A stretch of 64,000 nucleotides of DNA. It comes from Minisyncoccota bacterium (GTDB lineage: Bacteria; Patescibacteriota; Minisyncoccia; Phycocordibacterales; JABAAK01). The position numbers and the translations under genes are program-made. The stretch is taken from assembly GCA_965222235.1 (NCBI GenBank), contig OZ244939.1, positions 493,942 to 557,941 of the forward strand. Direction: 5' to 3'. The notes below the pieces were generated by a model, which saw nothing but the letters and a program-made list of their open reading frames with translations, was not told where the DNA came from and searched no databases. The first letter of the stretch is position 1. Every line of letters starts with the position of its first letter. This document shows positions 1 to 10,292 of the stretch, piece by piece.

Positions 1-359
1 ACAACACGTCATTTGAGCGTGCGGTTGCGGCCGAATGCGCGGCACAGCACGGAGGAGAAGAGGCATATTTCGCTTTTGCGGAATATCTGTACAAAAACCA
101 GCGCACCATCAAACCGCAGGAGTTGGCAAGCAGGATAACAGAGCTGGGCGTGGACGCGGAACGCTTTGACCTCTGTTTAAGTGACGGGGAGATGAACCGG
201 CGCGTGCGGCGGGATTATGATGAGGCGGTGCGGCTGGGAGCCACCGGCACGCCGTTTATTGTCATTATTCACGATGAGATACCGGTCGGTATTTCGTATG
301 CCCTGGAATACAAAGCCTTTTTGAGCAGGGTGTCCAAATTAACGGGCGTTGTGTGGTAG
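1..359 (+). CDS. DsbA/thioredoxin-fold protein, 3' part (5' end outside window)
   Basis: Frame open from base 3: ...ERAVAAECAAQHGGEEAYF...AVRLGATGTPFIVI. The AAEC and cis-Pro GTP motifs are typical of the DsbA family, and it resembles the downstream paralog. Confidence 0.75.
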   Translation, partial: NTSFERAVAAECAAQHGGEEAYFAFAEYLYKNQRTIKPQELASRITELGVDAERFDLCLSDGEMNRRVRRDYDEAVRLGATGTPFIVIIHDEIPVGISYALEYKAFLSRVSKLTGVVW

Positions 360-424
360 GAGTGTGGAAAACAGATTGCGCGTTCGCGGGCGACGTGTTA
401 CACTTATCCGTATAATTAAGGTAT

Positions 425-1150
425 ATGATGAAGGGCGACCAGGATACAAAAAATATTATTCTCACACTCGCGATATTAATTATTATCGTGCTGCTCGGTT
501 TTAACTCCGGCATATTGGGCAGCGCACCTTCTTCTTCCGGCGGCAATAGTAACAACAGAGACAGCGGATCGTCTGATGTTATAGGTGATAATAAGACAGG
601 TATTGAAATTCTCGGTGTGCGTAAAAATGATGCGATAATGGGTTCGGGTCCGTTCCTGCTCATTGAATATTCCGATTATGAGTGTCCGTTCTGTCAGCGC
701 TTCCACAAAGTTGTTCAGCAACTCGTGGACAGCGGAGAGGTGACCTGGGTGTACCGCCATCTCCCACTGCCATTCCATGAAACGGCTGAACGGGGATCCC
801 GCATCGGTGAATGTGTGCGAAGCATAAAGGGGAACAATGCGTTTTGGACCTACACAGACGGCGTGTTTGCGGTCGAAACTCCTTCACTGAGTCTCTACCG
901 CTCGCTCGGGCAGCAGGCAGGTCTTTCTTCGGCGCAGATTGACGGATGTCTCGGTCCCGACAGTGATGCGGCAGCACTGGTCGCCTCGCATGTGAATGAA
1001 GCGGGTCTGTTCGGTATCAACGGTACGCCGGGATCGTTCGTGGTGAACACAAAAACAGGTGAATACAAGCGGGTGCCGGGTGCGTTTCCTCTGGACGGTC
1101 CCGAGGGCGACCAGAACACGATGCGCTATATCCTGAATTCAATCCGATGA
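425..1150 (+). CDS. Membrane-anchored DsbA-family thiol-disulfide oxidoreductase
   Basis: N-terminal TM helix; EYSDYECPFC active site, YRHLPL and GINGTP motifs. Confidence 0.9.
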   Translation: MMKGDQDTKNIILTLAILIIIVLLGFNSGILGSAPSSSGGNSNNRDSGSSDVIGDNKTGIEILGVRKNDAIMGSGPFLLIEYSDYECPFCQRFHKVVQQLVDSGEVTWVYRHLPLPFHETAERGSRIGECVRSIKGNNAFWTYTDGVFAVETPSLSLYRSLGQQAGLSSAQIDGCLGPDSDAAALVASHVNEAGLFGINGTPGSFVVNTKTGEYKRVPGAFPLDGPEGDQNTMRYILNSIR

Positions 1151-1884
1151 TTGAAACTATTTCGCTGATTGCTCTCGCATCAATATTGCTTGCGGGTGTA
1201 ATCACGGCGCTATTGCCGTGTACCTATCCGATGCTCATCGGCTATATTGCGCTGATTATAGGAGAGAAAGAGAGCGGTACGGGGCATTTGCTTCGTGTCA
1301 TGTGGTCATTCCTTGCCGGATTTACGCTCGTGTATATACTCTTCGGCAGTGTCGCCGGCCTGTTCGGACAGTTCAGCAGGGAAGCACTCATATTCAACAG
1401 CGGCAAACCGATTCTGCTGACGCTCGGCGCACTCTTTTTCATAACTGTCGGTCTGGTAATGCTGGATGTCATCCCGCTGCCCCGGAAGATGCGGGGCATA
1501 CAGTTCATCCCGCTGCCGAAAAAGATCTCAAGCCGCTCATGGTGGCGCGCGTTCTTTATCGGCACCATCTTCGCCGCGGGGTGGTCACCCTGTATCGGGC
1601 CGGTACTTGCCGCCATTCTGGTGCTTGCCGGGACGCCGGGGTCGGTGCTCATCGGCGCATCTCTTATGCTGCTGTTCGCGCTCGGTATGGCCGTCCCGTT
1701 TATCATCCTCACCCTGCTCTACGCCCGCGCATCCGCGTACATTCAGATTATCGGAACATACACCTCTGTAATGCGGGTCGCCGCCGGCCTTCTTTTCATC
1801 CTTCTCGGCGTATCGTTCATGATCAACGATTTCTCGTTTCTGAGTACGGTGCAGCCGTTCGGATTTCTCGGGCGGTATATTTGA
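1147..1884 (+). CDS. ccdA: CcdA/DsbD-family transmembrane disulfide reductant
   Basis: Multi-TM protein with LPCTYP and WSPCIGP motifs; overlaps the DsbA stop codon (ATGA). Confidence 0.85.
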   Translation: MIETISLIALASILLAGVITALLPCTYPMLIGYIALIIGEKESGTGHLLRVMWSFLAGFTLVYILFGSVAGLFGQFSREALIFNSGKPILLTLGALFFITVGLVMLDVIPLPRKMRGIQFIPLPKKISSRSWWRAFFIGTIFAAGWSPCIGPVLAAILVLAGTPGSVLIGASLMLLFALGMAVPFIILTLLYARASAYIQIIGTYTSVMRVAAGLLFILLGVSFMINDFSFLSTVQPFGFLGRYI

Positions 1885-1915
1885 CCTGACCGCTGTTACC
1901 GAGTAATATATATTC

Positions 1916-2089
1916 ATGTTCCGATATCTCGCAGGAGTTAAGCAGGAGTTCGCGTATATACGATGGCTTTCAATTCGCCGCGCTTTGGTACTGACTCTCG
2001 CGATCATCGCCGTCGGCTTTTTCGCCGGCTTCGTGCTCGGAGCGATTGACAGAGGGCTGTCTGAGATTTTAAGCGCCGTCGTCCTCTGA
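1916..2089 (+). CDS. secE: Preprotein translocase subunit SecE
   Basis: Manually translated 57 aa (MFRYLAGVKQEFAYIRWLS...AIDRGL), with the E-x4-W motif and one TM helix, directly upstream of nusG. Absent from the ORF track. Confidence 0.85.
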   Translation: MFRYLAGVKQEFAYIRWLSIRRALVLTLAIIAVGFFAGFVLGAIDRGLSEILSAVVL

Positions 2090-2100
2090 ATCATGAATAT

Positions 2101-2643
2101 ATGACCGAAGAACAACACAAAGAACCGGCGTGGTATGTGGTGAAAGTGCACAGCGGCTTTGAGCAGCCGGTGAAATCCAGCATTGAGCAGACTATTGAGG
2201 CGCTTGACCTGCAGGACCGGATATTTGACATCATCATTCCCATAGAAAAACGGGTGCGCATCAAGGGGGGTAAGCGAATTGAAAAAGATGAGCGCATCTA
2301 TCCCGGCTATATTCTCGTGCACATGGTCATTGATGACCAAACCTGGTATGCGATTAATAATATTGAATACGTGTCCGGCTTTCTCGGCTCCCGTTCGCAT
2401 GCCGAATCGCTGTCGCAGGAGGAAGTGGATACCATCAAAGAACGGATGCGGGGGGATGTGGTGCAGCATCAGACGGAATACAGTGTAGGCGATGTGGTGA
2501 AAATTATTGAGGGGCCGTTTGCGGATTTGGACGGAAAGATCAGCGAAATTGATCCGAACAGGGGGCAGGCGACCGTGCTGATTCCCATGTTCGGCAGGGA
2601 AACGCCCATCAAACTGGATATTTTCCAGATTAGAAGTATATAA
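2101..2643 (+). CDS. nusG: Transcription termination/antitermination factor NusG
   Basis: WYVVKVHSGFE, YPGYILV, KOW motif GDVVKIIEGPF, MFGRETP. Confidence 0.97.
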   Translation: MTEEQHKEPAWYVVKVHSGFEQPVKSSIEQTIEALDLQDRIFDIIIPIEKRVRIKGGKRIEKDERIYPGYILVHMVIDDQTWYAINNIEYVSGFLGSRSHAESLSQEEVDTIKERMRGDVVQHQTEYSVGDVVKIIEGPFADLDGKISEIDPNRGQATVLIPMFGRETPIKLDIFQIRSI

Positions 2644-2653
2644 TACAGGAGAT

Positions 2654-3079
2654 ATGGCTAAGAACATACAGCAAATAATTAAACTTCAGATTGAGGCGGG
2701 CAAGGCGACACCGGCACCTCCGGTCGGCACCGCACTCGGCCCGGTCGGCATTAACATCGGCGATTTCTGTACGCAGTTCAACTCAGCATCAAAGGACAGA
2801 CAGGGGGAGATTGTGCCGGTGCTGCTCAATGTCTATGATGACCGGTCGTTTGACTTTATTCTCAAAACACCGCCCGCCTCATTCCTTCTGCGGAGGGCCG
2901 CGGATATTAAAAAAGGATCCGGCAAAAATCTCGTCAAAAAGGCCGGCACGGTGACGGAAGCGGATGTGCGCGCAATCGCCGAGAAAAAAATGGAAGATTT
3001 AAATGCGAGAGATGTTGACGCTGCCATGCAGGTTATCAAAGGCACCGCGCGGTCAATGGGCATAGAAGTGCGTGCGTAG
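2654..3079 (+). CDS. rplK: 50S ribosomal protein L11
   Basis: KLQIEAGKATPAPPVGTALG...GTARSMGIEV; GGAG Shine-Dalgarno upstream. Confidence 0.98.
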   Translation: MAKNIQQIIKLQIEAGKATPAPPVGTALGPVGINIGDFCTQFNSASKDRQGEIVPVLLNVYDDRSFDFILKTPPASFLLRRAADIKKGSGKNLVKKAGTVTEADVRAIAEKKMEDLNARDVDAAMQVIKGTARSMGIEVRA

Positions 3080-3114
3080 TCGGAGAAATATCGCCGTGTG
3101 GTATGATGTGCGGT

Positions 3115-6100
3115 ATGACCGGCAGGAATGATGAACGGGAACGTGTATCCGACAGAGAAAAAAGCGTTCTTGCATTTTGGCGGGAAAACAATATTTTTGA
3201 AAAGAGCGAAAACGGCATTCGGTTGAGCGGACTGGACGCATATATATACCGTTTTTTAAAAAAAAGAAGCTTCGTCTTCTATGACGGACCGCCGTTTGCA
3301 ACCGGTCTGCCGCACTACGGTCACCTGTTAGTGAGCGCGGTAAAGGACGCCGTTTCGCGGTACAAAACCATGCGGGGGCACACCGTCCGCCGCCGGTGGG
3401 GGTGGGACTGCCACGGTCTGCCGCTTGAGGTTGAAATGGAAAAAAAGATCGGCAGCACCTCCCGGAAGGATATTGAAGCATACGGCATTGAAAAGTTTAA
3501 CAGCGGCATACGTGACACCGTTTTCACCTATGCCGATGAGTGGAAAAAAATCATTCCCCGCATCGGCCGGTGGGTTGATATGGAGAATGACTACCGTACA
3601 GTCAGCACCTCATATATGGAGTCGGTGTGGTCGGTATTTCACCGCCTGCACAAAAACGGATTCGTAAGCAGGGGGTTCAAGTCGCTGCATCTCTGTCCGC
3701 GATGCTCCACTACTGTGTCAAATGCCGAGGTCGCCGACAGCTATGACACACTCACCGACAGCGCGGTGTATGTGCTGTTCCCGCTCAGAGAGGATCCGAC
3801 GGTGCGCCTGGTCGCGTGGACGACGACGCCGTGGACCCTGTTCGGCAATATTGCGCTCGGTGTTGATGAGAATATGAAATATACGGTCATCAGCCGGAAC
3901 GGCGGACAGTATGTGGTGCATGAGCATGCACTGCATCTATTTAAAGACGGTGAGGTTGTCGGCACGAAACAGGGATCCGAGCTCATCGGCAAGGAATACA
4001 TACCGCCGTTTGACTACCTCTATGCGGATCAGCGGGGATTGAGCCCGGAGGTGCGGGAAAAACTAAAGAACGCATGGCGCGTCTACGGTGTGCCGTATGT
4101 GGATAGCGGGGTCGGCACCGGCATCGTGCATCTTGCACCGGCATACGGCTCAGATGACATGGAGACTGCCCGCCGGTACAATCTGCCGATTCACCACCAT
4201 GTGACGAAAGACGGAATGTTCGTTCCCGAGCTCGGTCCGTTCGCCGGGCTGCGGCCGAAACAGAAAGGAAATCCGGGGGAGACGGATGAAAAGATTCTCG
4301 CCGCGCTCCGTGAAAAAGGGGTTCTGCTGCACAGCGAGAATATTGAACACAGCTACCCGGTCTGCTGGCGCTGCGACACGCCGCTTCTGAACTACGCGGC
4401 TGATTCCTGGTTCGTGCATACCGACGCATATCGGGACAGGATGGTCGCTGAGAACAGGAAAGTTGCCTGGGTGCCGGCGCATGTTCGGGACGGTCGTTTC
4501 GGCAACTGGCTTCGGAACGCGCAGCCGTGGGCGGTGTCGCGGAGCCGTTTTTGGGGCGCGCCGCTGCCGATATGGCAGGTTGAAAAGACCGGCGAATACC
4601 TGATTATTGAATCTCTGGAAGAGATGTTCAGAAGGATGCGCGCGAACAACACCTTCACCTTTATCCGCCACGGACATGCCTTCAGTAATGAGCCGCGAAT
4701 ACTGAGCTGTTTTCCGGACGACGGGGTCGGTCTGACGGAGAAGGGAAAACAACAGGCGCAGGAGGTTGCGGAGAAGGTGCGGGACATGAAACCGACGGTC
4801 ATCTTCTGTTCGCCGCTGCAGCGAACTCGTGAAACGGCGGAGTACATAGCGCGTGCAACCGGAGCGGAAATACACGAAGATCCGCTTCTGACTGAAATTC
4901 AGATTCCCGAAATGCACGGCAGGCCGTACAACGAGATGCGTGAACTTGTGAAAACGAGCGGCGCCGACCGTGATATACGCCGAAACATCGGCACCGGAGA
5001 GTCATACCTTGATGTCTTTAAGCGGACACTGGAGTTTCTTGAGAAAGTTGACCGACAGTATACCGACGCCCATATCATCGTTGTAACGCACAAAATAGTG
5101 ATGACGAACGCGCGCATGGTTGAATCCATCACCGCGGCGAAAAATGATCATATGCGGAGGTACACCCTGCCCGGGAACGGCAACACCGCGATGTTCACCC
5201 TGCACTACAAGCAGGTGAAGCGGACGGACGACGGGGAAATTGATCTGCATCGGCCGTATATTGATTCAGTGGTGCTCTATGATGACGACGGCAATCCGGC
5301 GCGCCATATCGGCGAGGTGTTTGACTGCTGGTTTGAATCGGGCGCGATGCCGTACGGATCAAACCAGTATCCGTTTCTCAAAACGCCGTTTTTCAATCCG
5401 CTGAAGAATATCGGCTTCCCCGCGGATTTTGTGTGCGAAGCGATGGATCAGACCAGGGGCTGGTTCTACAGTCTCATGGCCATCGGTGTCGGCGCGTTCG
5501 GCAAGATGCCGTACCGCCGGGTGATTGCAACCGGGCTCATCCACGCTGAAGACGGAAAAAAGATGAGCAAAAGTCTGAAAAACTATTCCGATCCCATGGA
5601 CATCGTTGAGCGGTACGGGGCCGATTCACTCCGCCACTATCTGCTTGCCTCGCCGGTCACGCGCGGGGAAACGCTGAATTTCAAGGACAGTCAGGTTGAT
5701 GAGATCTATAAGAAAGTATACACCCGCCTGCATAACTGCTATAACTTTTATACCACCTATGGGCACCTGCCGCATGAGAAGGGGAGCACCCATCCGCTTG
5801 ATATATATATCCTTTCCCGTCTCGGTGAAATGCACCGCGCTATGACCCGGGGATTTGAGCGATACCGTCTTGACGAAGCCGCGACACCGATCGGCGGATT
5901 TGTGGAGGATCTGTCCGTATGGTATCTCCGCCGTTCACGGAACAGGATGCGGCATGATACGAAGGATGGTGCTCATGCGCGCGAAACGATGCGGACGGTA
6001 CTGACCGAGTGCGCGAAATGCATCGCCCCGGTTGCCCCTTTCCATGCCGAGCATCTGTTCCTGAGGATGCGGAAGCACAGTCCGAACATACTGCCAGAAA

Positions 6101-6648
6101 GTGTGCATCTGTGTTCCTGGCCGAAAAAGATGCCTATTAATACAAAGGCTGTAGCGATGATGGATACAGTCAGGGATGTCGTATCGGCGGCGCATGAACA
6201 GCGCGCGCAGGCAGGAATCAAGGTGCGACAGCCGCTGGCGCGCGTAACGATACAAACTGATATACCCGAACATCTGAGGGAGATTATCGCGGAGGAGATA
6301 CATGTGAAGCAGGTTGCCGTTGCGAAGGATGCCGGAAAAAAAGTTGTGCTGGATACCGAACTGACACCCGAACTGATTGCCGAAGGGTTCGTTCGTGAGT
6401 ATGTCAGATCCGTGCAGAACCTCAGAAAAGAGCAGCAGCTCTCAATGACCGAGACAGTTGCGGCGGTCCGCACCCATCTTCCTGACGAGCAGCGGGCATA
6501 CCTTCAGCGGCATGAGGACAGTGTGAAGGCGGAAATCCGCGCGGAGCGCATCATCTATGACGATCGTCCGATTGACGACGGACAGACGGTCACGATCGGA
6601 GATGTTCCGGTTTCACTCCTGCTGAAGAGGAGGCAGGAACAGTCCTGA
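3115..6648 (+). CDS. ileS: Isoleucine--tRNA ligase (type 2) with an inserted histidine-phosphatase domain
   Basis: DGPPFATGLPHYGH, GWDCHGLP, WTTTPWT, DLHRPYID and KMSKS motifs. Insert with RHG and SPLQRTRETA at about 4650-5220. Start could alternatively be 3103. Confidence 0.95.
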   Translation: MTGRNDERERVSDREKSVLAFWRENNIFEKSENGIRLSGLDAYIYRFLKKRSFVFYDGPPFATGLPHYGHLLVSAVKDAVSRYKTMRGHTVRRRWGWDCHGLPLEVEMEKKIGSTSRKDIEAYGIEKFNSGIRDTVFTYADEWKKIIPRIGRWVDMENDYRTVSTSYMESVWSVFHRLHKNGFVSRGFKSLHLCPRCSTTVSNAEVADSYDTLTDSAVYVLFPLREDPTVRLVAWTTTPWTLFGNIALGVDENMKYTVISRNGGQYVVHEHALHLFKDGEVVGTKQGSELIGKEYIPPFDYLYADQRGLSPEVREKLKNAWRVYGVPYVDSGVGTGIVHLAPAYGSDDMETARRYNLPIHHHVTKDGMFVPELGPFAGLRPKQKGNPGETDEKILAALREKGVLLHSENIEHSYPVCWRCDTPLLNYAADSWFVHTDAYRDRMVAENRKVAWVPAHVRDGRFGNWLRNAQPWAVSRSRFWGAPLPIWQVEKTGEYLIIESLEEMFRRMRANNTFTFIRHGHAFSNEPRILSCFPDDGVGLTEKGKQQAQEVAEKVRDMKPTVIFCSPLQRTRETAEYIARATGAEIHEDPLLTEIQIPEMHGRPYNEMRELVKTSGADRDIRRNIGTGESYLDVFKRTLEFLEKVDRQYTDAHIIVVTHKIVMTNARMVESITAAKNDHMRRYTLPGNGNTAMFTLHYKQVKRTDDGEIDLHRPYIDSVVLYDDDGNPARHIGEVFDCWFESGAMPYGSNQYPFLKTPFFNPLKNIGFPADFVCEAMDQTRGWFYSLMAIGVGAFGKMPYRRVIATGLIHAEDGKKMSKSLKNYSDPMDIVERYGADSLRHYLLASPVTRGETLNFKDSQVDEIYKKVYTRLHNCYNFYTTYGHLPHEKGSTHPLDIYILSRLGEMHRAMTRGFERYRLDEAATPIGGFVEDLSVWYLRRSRNRMRHDTKDGAHARETMRTVLTECAKCIAPVAPFHAEHLFLRMRKHSPNILPESVHLCSWPKKMPINTKAVAMMDTVRDVVSAAHEQRAQAGIKVRQPLARVTIQTDIPEHLREIIAEEIHVKQVAVAKDAGKKVVLDTELTPELIAEGFVREYVRSVQNLRKEQQLSMTETVAAVRTHLPDEQRAYLQRHEDSVKAEIRAERIIYDDRPIDDGQTVTIGDVPVSLLLKRRQEQS

Positions 6649-6651
6649 GCG

Positions 6652-7227
6652 CTACTGATGCAGCAGCGCGGTGTGCAGATGCCGTTCAAATTCACGGCGT
6701 GCGTCAGCGGATGACAGAACCTGATCAAGGATATCGGTGAACATGGTATGGCGTATAACAATATCGGGAACGTAGCCGAGTGCAGAGAGAGACATAACCT
6801 GTGCAACGAGCAGCACGGCACCGGCATGTTCGGCGGGTGACCGCTGCAGCTGCTGAACCGCGGTTTCAACGGTGTCAAACAACGCCACATCTCTGTCGCC
6901 GACGGGCGGCACGAGCGCATTAATATGAAGCAACAGGCGCACCAGTGCGGTATATTTCGTCTCATCTGACCATACATCGGCGAGTGTGTCGGTAACAGTG
7001 ATATCTTTCAGAACATTTCTTTTCCCCTGAACGGCGGAAAGGTACACCCGAGCGTACGGCTTCATTGCGGAGCGCATCTTGGCTCCCTCCCGCCGGATGC
7101 TCCGGGCATATATGCTGACAACGCCGCTTTCCCGGGTCAGTGCGTTGATAATCCGGTCCGCTTCGCCGACCCCTCTGGTGTGCAGGATAAAGGCGTCGGT
7201 CATAAGAATGGAGTATGCGCCGGTCAT
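6652..7227 (-). CDS. recO: DNA repair protein RecO (N-terminal OB fold, short form)
   Basis: AFILHTRGVGEADRIINALTRESGVV matches the RecO N-terminal signature. Confidence 0.8.
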   Translation of the reverse strand: MTGAYSILMTDAFILHTRGVGEADRIINALTRESGVVSIYARSIRREGAKMRSAMKPYARVYLSAVQGKRNVLKDITVTDTLADVWSDETKYTALVRLLLHINALVPPVGDRDVALFDTVETAVQQLQRSPAEHAGAVLLVAQVMSLSALGYVPDIVIRHTMFTDILDQVLSSADARREFERHLHTALLHQ

Positions 7228-7316
7228 ATCGGTATTCTACCGTCCGCGCTCGGAAAAAACGAACGAACCGGTCGGAAGCGAAATATAGGTATAGTATGTA
7301 ACCATAGTGAGCATAT

Positions 7317-9188
7317 ATGCGATTGAAAGATGTTTCAAAAATACTGCACCACGATATCGGAAAAAAGCCTGCCGACAGAAAAGCTGTGCTGCGGCAGGAT
7401 ACGACGACGGCAAAGGATGACTGGGAGCAGGATCCCGCACCGCCGATACGGTCCAGGTATCTGATGTATCTCACACTTATCACCTTCGTCTTCTTTCTCG
7501 CCACCGCCGGCATAGCATATTTCGTCCAGATTTCCGGATCCGACCGGTCTGTATCAACAAGCAAAATATCAATCAGTACGCAGGGGGCGTCAGTGGTTGA
7601 CGGCGGGCGTGTCGTGCCGCTCTCCGTGCGGATTGCGAACAGGAACCCCGTTGCGATACAGAATGTCAAATTTGTCATCACCTATCCGCCCGGAACGTAC
7701 AAGAAGGGAGAACCTGTCACCCGCCTGCCGACCGAGGAATTTAAGTGGAGCGCCGTCAAATCGGGTGAGGTGGTCAGCATCCGCATCGCGCCGCTGCTCT
7801 ACGGCACGGTGGGAGAGAGAAAAGAGCTGCGGTATTACCTTGAATATCAGGCGGAAGGATCATCCCAGCCGACACAAATCAATGAAACCTACGCGGTACA
7901 GATACGGTCTGCGCCGCTGGTGATAAGTACACTGCGGCACACCACTCCGGTCGCCGGAAAAAATATGACGCTCACCGTCGGTGTGCGGCACAATACGGCG
8001 GAAAAAACTCCCGGAGCCGTTGTTGAGCTGGTGTATCCCCGCGGATTTACGCCGACATCATTTTCAACCGAACCGATCAACCGGGAAAAAACAGTATGGC
8101 GGGTGAAAACGCTTCGTCCCGATGAGGAGCAGATTATACGAATAACCGGCATTCTGCAGGGGAAAGAATCCGATGAGCAGTCCGCTGTTGCGCGGATATA
8201 TGCCGCGCCGTCAGACAGGAAAAGTACAGTCATAGCCGAGAAGAATGTTGTTTTTTCAGTAAGCAAATCATTTCTCAGCGTTGCGCTGAAGATGGAAGGG
8301 AATGCCGATAACCGCATCACCGTATCACCCGGCGATGAAATTGAGGTGAAACTTGACTGGAAGAATGAGGACACGGCGCAGCTGCAGAATTTGGTGATCA
8401 CCGCCGCGCTTTCAGGCACAGGGCTTAATGAGAGCAGTATCCGCCCGGGTAGCGGCGGCTATTTCAATGAAGTTGCGAGACAGATTGTATGGGACAGGCG
8501 GCAGATAGACGGTTTCACATCGGTTGCCGCCGGCGGAACAGGTGCGCTCCGTTTCAGATTCCGCGCGCTTTCAAATCAGGTGGAATTTGCGCAGGCGGAA
8601 AAGACGGTACAGATTAGTATTTCAGCGCAGGCGCGTCGGGTGGTGAACGGTCAGACGGAAAAAATTCAGAATATCGCCGTCGGTCGGATTGATCTGAGAA
8701 GTGTGCTGCGGACGGTGGGGAATACGCTGTACGCGACCAGCTCCATTAAAAACCGGGGACCGATACCGCCGCGTGTCGGCGAGAAGACCTCGTATGTTCT
8801 CAAATATTTCATTAAAAACGACGGCAACACCCTCTCAGATGTGGTTATGCGCATACCGCTTGAACGCGATGTGGAGCTGACCGGTCAGATAAACGGGATT
8901 ACCCGCGAAGAATGGGAATACGATGAGGATACGCACACATTCACGGTCCGCATACCGTCGCTTGCGCCGGTCGGTCCGCAGTCAAGCAGGCTGTTTGAGC
9001 TGCAGGTGGTCATCGAACCGACGGCAAGGGATGTCGGCAAAGAGATTGCATTGACGAAACAGTCGGACTACGAGGCGTACGATACATATGTGGATGAGAC
9101 ATTCACCGGAACACTTTCCGAGTTCACCAGCAGAATCACTGCCGAGCCGCTGGGGTACCGTTCGGCATTTGTAGTGGAGTCCGAATAA
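7317..9188 (+). CDS. Membrane-anchored protein with extracellular beta-sandwich (Ig/DUF11-like) domains
   Basis: 623-aa ORF with a single TM helix near the N-terminus, beta-rich repeats and GPIPPRVGEKTSY motif. Confidence 0.65.
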   Translation: MRLKDVSKILHHDIGKKPADRKAVLRQDTTTAKDDWEQDPAPPIRSRYLMYLTLITFVFFLATAGIAYFVQISGSDRSVSTSKISISTQGASVVDGGRVVPLSVRIANRNPVAIQNVKFVITYPPGTYKKGEPVTRLPTEEFKWSAVKSGEVVSIRIAPLLYGTVGERKELRYYLEYQAEGSSQPTQINETYAVQIRSAPLVISTLRHTTPVAGKNMTLTVGVRHNTAEKTPGAVVELVYPRGFTPTSFSTEPINREKTVWRVKTLRPDEEQIIRITGILQGKESDEQSAVARIYAAPSDRKSTVIAEKNVVFSVSKSFLSVALKMEGNADNRITVSPGDEIEVKLDWKNEDTAQLQNLVITAALSGTGLNESSIRPGSGGYFNEVARQIVWDRRQIDGFTSVAAGGTGALRFRFRALSNQVEFAQAEKTVQISISAQARRVVNGQTEKIQNIAVGRIDLRSVLRTVGNTLYATSSIKNRGPIPPRVGEKTSYVLKYFIKNDGNTLSDVVMRIPLERDVELTGQINGITREEWEYDEDTHTFTVRIPSLAPVGPQSSRLFELQVVIEPTARDVGKEIALTKQSDYEAYDTYVDETFTGTLSEFTSRITAEPLGYRSAFVVESE

Positions 9189-9227
9189 TCTATTTTGGCG
9201 GACGGGAAGTGTGCTACACTGAACATC

Positions 9228-10286
9228 ATGAAAAAAGAAAATCATATCATGATTCGTATATCAACCGGAACGATAATGATTTTTTTCTTTTTACTGATTC
9301 TCGGCTGGTTCTTATATGAAACCAGATCGCTGGTTCTGATTATCATCGCCGCCGTCATATTTTCATTGGCCTTTGATCCGGGGAAGCGCTTTCTTGCCCG
9401 GCTGAAGATACCGGAGCCGATAGCGGTACTGATACTGTATATGGTGGTGTTTTTCATACTCATCTTTTTCCTGTATTCATTCATACCGATATTTATACAG
9501 CAGTATCAGGTCTTCTTAAACACACTTCCCGTTGCCGCGGAGACGGTGCAGGATTTCCTTGCCGGCACTATTCTGGAGGGTGTTATTATCACCGATGAAC
9601 TGGGAGCGTTTCTTAAAAACGCGGAATATGTAACGCAGCCGCTTCAGGCGATTATCAAGGCGCTCGGGGTGAGCGTATCGTCAACATTCGGCGGGCTGGT
9701 TAATATAGTACTGTTTCTCCTGCTCACGTTTCTTTTCTCGATCAATCCGAAGTCGCTTGATAATTTTCTCTTTGTTATCACGCCGAAACAGTACCGGAAG
9801 TATGTGAACAATCTTTGGGGCAGGACAAAAGTTAAAATGGGACAGTGGTTTCAGGGGCAGATGGTGCTCGTCTTCCTCATCAGCGTGCTCACATACTTCT
9901 CTCTTCTCATTATCGGCGTACCGAACGCGCTGTTCCTCGCGATTTTTGCCGGTGCGATGGAGATTGTGCCGATATTCGGTCCGCTGATCGGCGCCATCCC
10001 CGCGGTGCTCATGGCGCTGACAACCGGCGATCTGACCACAGTGATCCTCACTGTAACCGTGTTTGTCATCATCCAGCAGCTTGAAAATACGCTCATCTAC
10101 CCGCTCGTTGTCAGTAAGGTGGTGGGCATTTCATCCGTGCTCATCGTGCTCGCTATTGTTATCGGCGGATCCATCGGCGGCTTCATCGGGGTGCTCATTG
10201 CCGTTCCGCTCGCAGCGGTGATACAGGAATTTTTCAATGATGTGAAGTCGGGGAATCTTCAGAAACTGAGCGAATCCGACACGTAG
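9228..10286 (+). CDS. AI-2E (PerM/UPF0118) family transporter
   Basis: Multi-TM protein with VPIFGPLIG, QQLENTLIYP and GFIGVLIAVPL motifs. Confidence 0.9.
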   Translation: MKKENHIMIRISTGTIMIFFFLLILGWFLYETRSLVLIIIAAVIFSLAFDPGKRFLARLKIPEPIAVLILYMVVFFILIFFLYSFIPIFIQQYQVFLNTLPVAAETVQDFLAGTILEGVIITDELGAFLKNAEYVTQPLQAIIKALGVSVSSTFGGLVNIVLFLLLTFLFSINPKSLDNFLFVITPKQYRKYVNNLWGRTKVKMGQWFQGQMVLVFLISVLTYFSLLIIGVPNALFLAIFAGAMEIVPIFGPLIGAIPAVLMALTTGDLTTVILTVTVFVIIQQLENTLIYPLVVSKVVGISSVLIVLAIVIGGSIGGFIGVLIAVPLAAVIQEFFNDVKSGNLQKLSESDT

Positions 10287-10292
10287 TCCGTC

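Noticed and set aside
1585-2667. 360-aa minus-strand ORF and similar long antisense ORFs (4150-4917, 40261-41181, 49456-50412)
   Set aside because: They overlap well-supported genes on the opposite strand and have no recognisable motifs.
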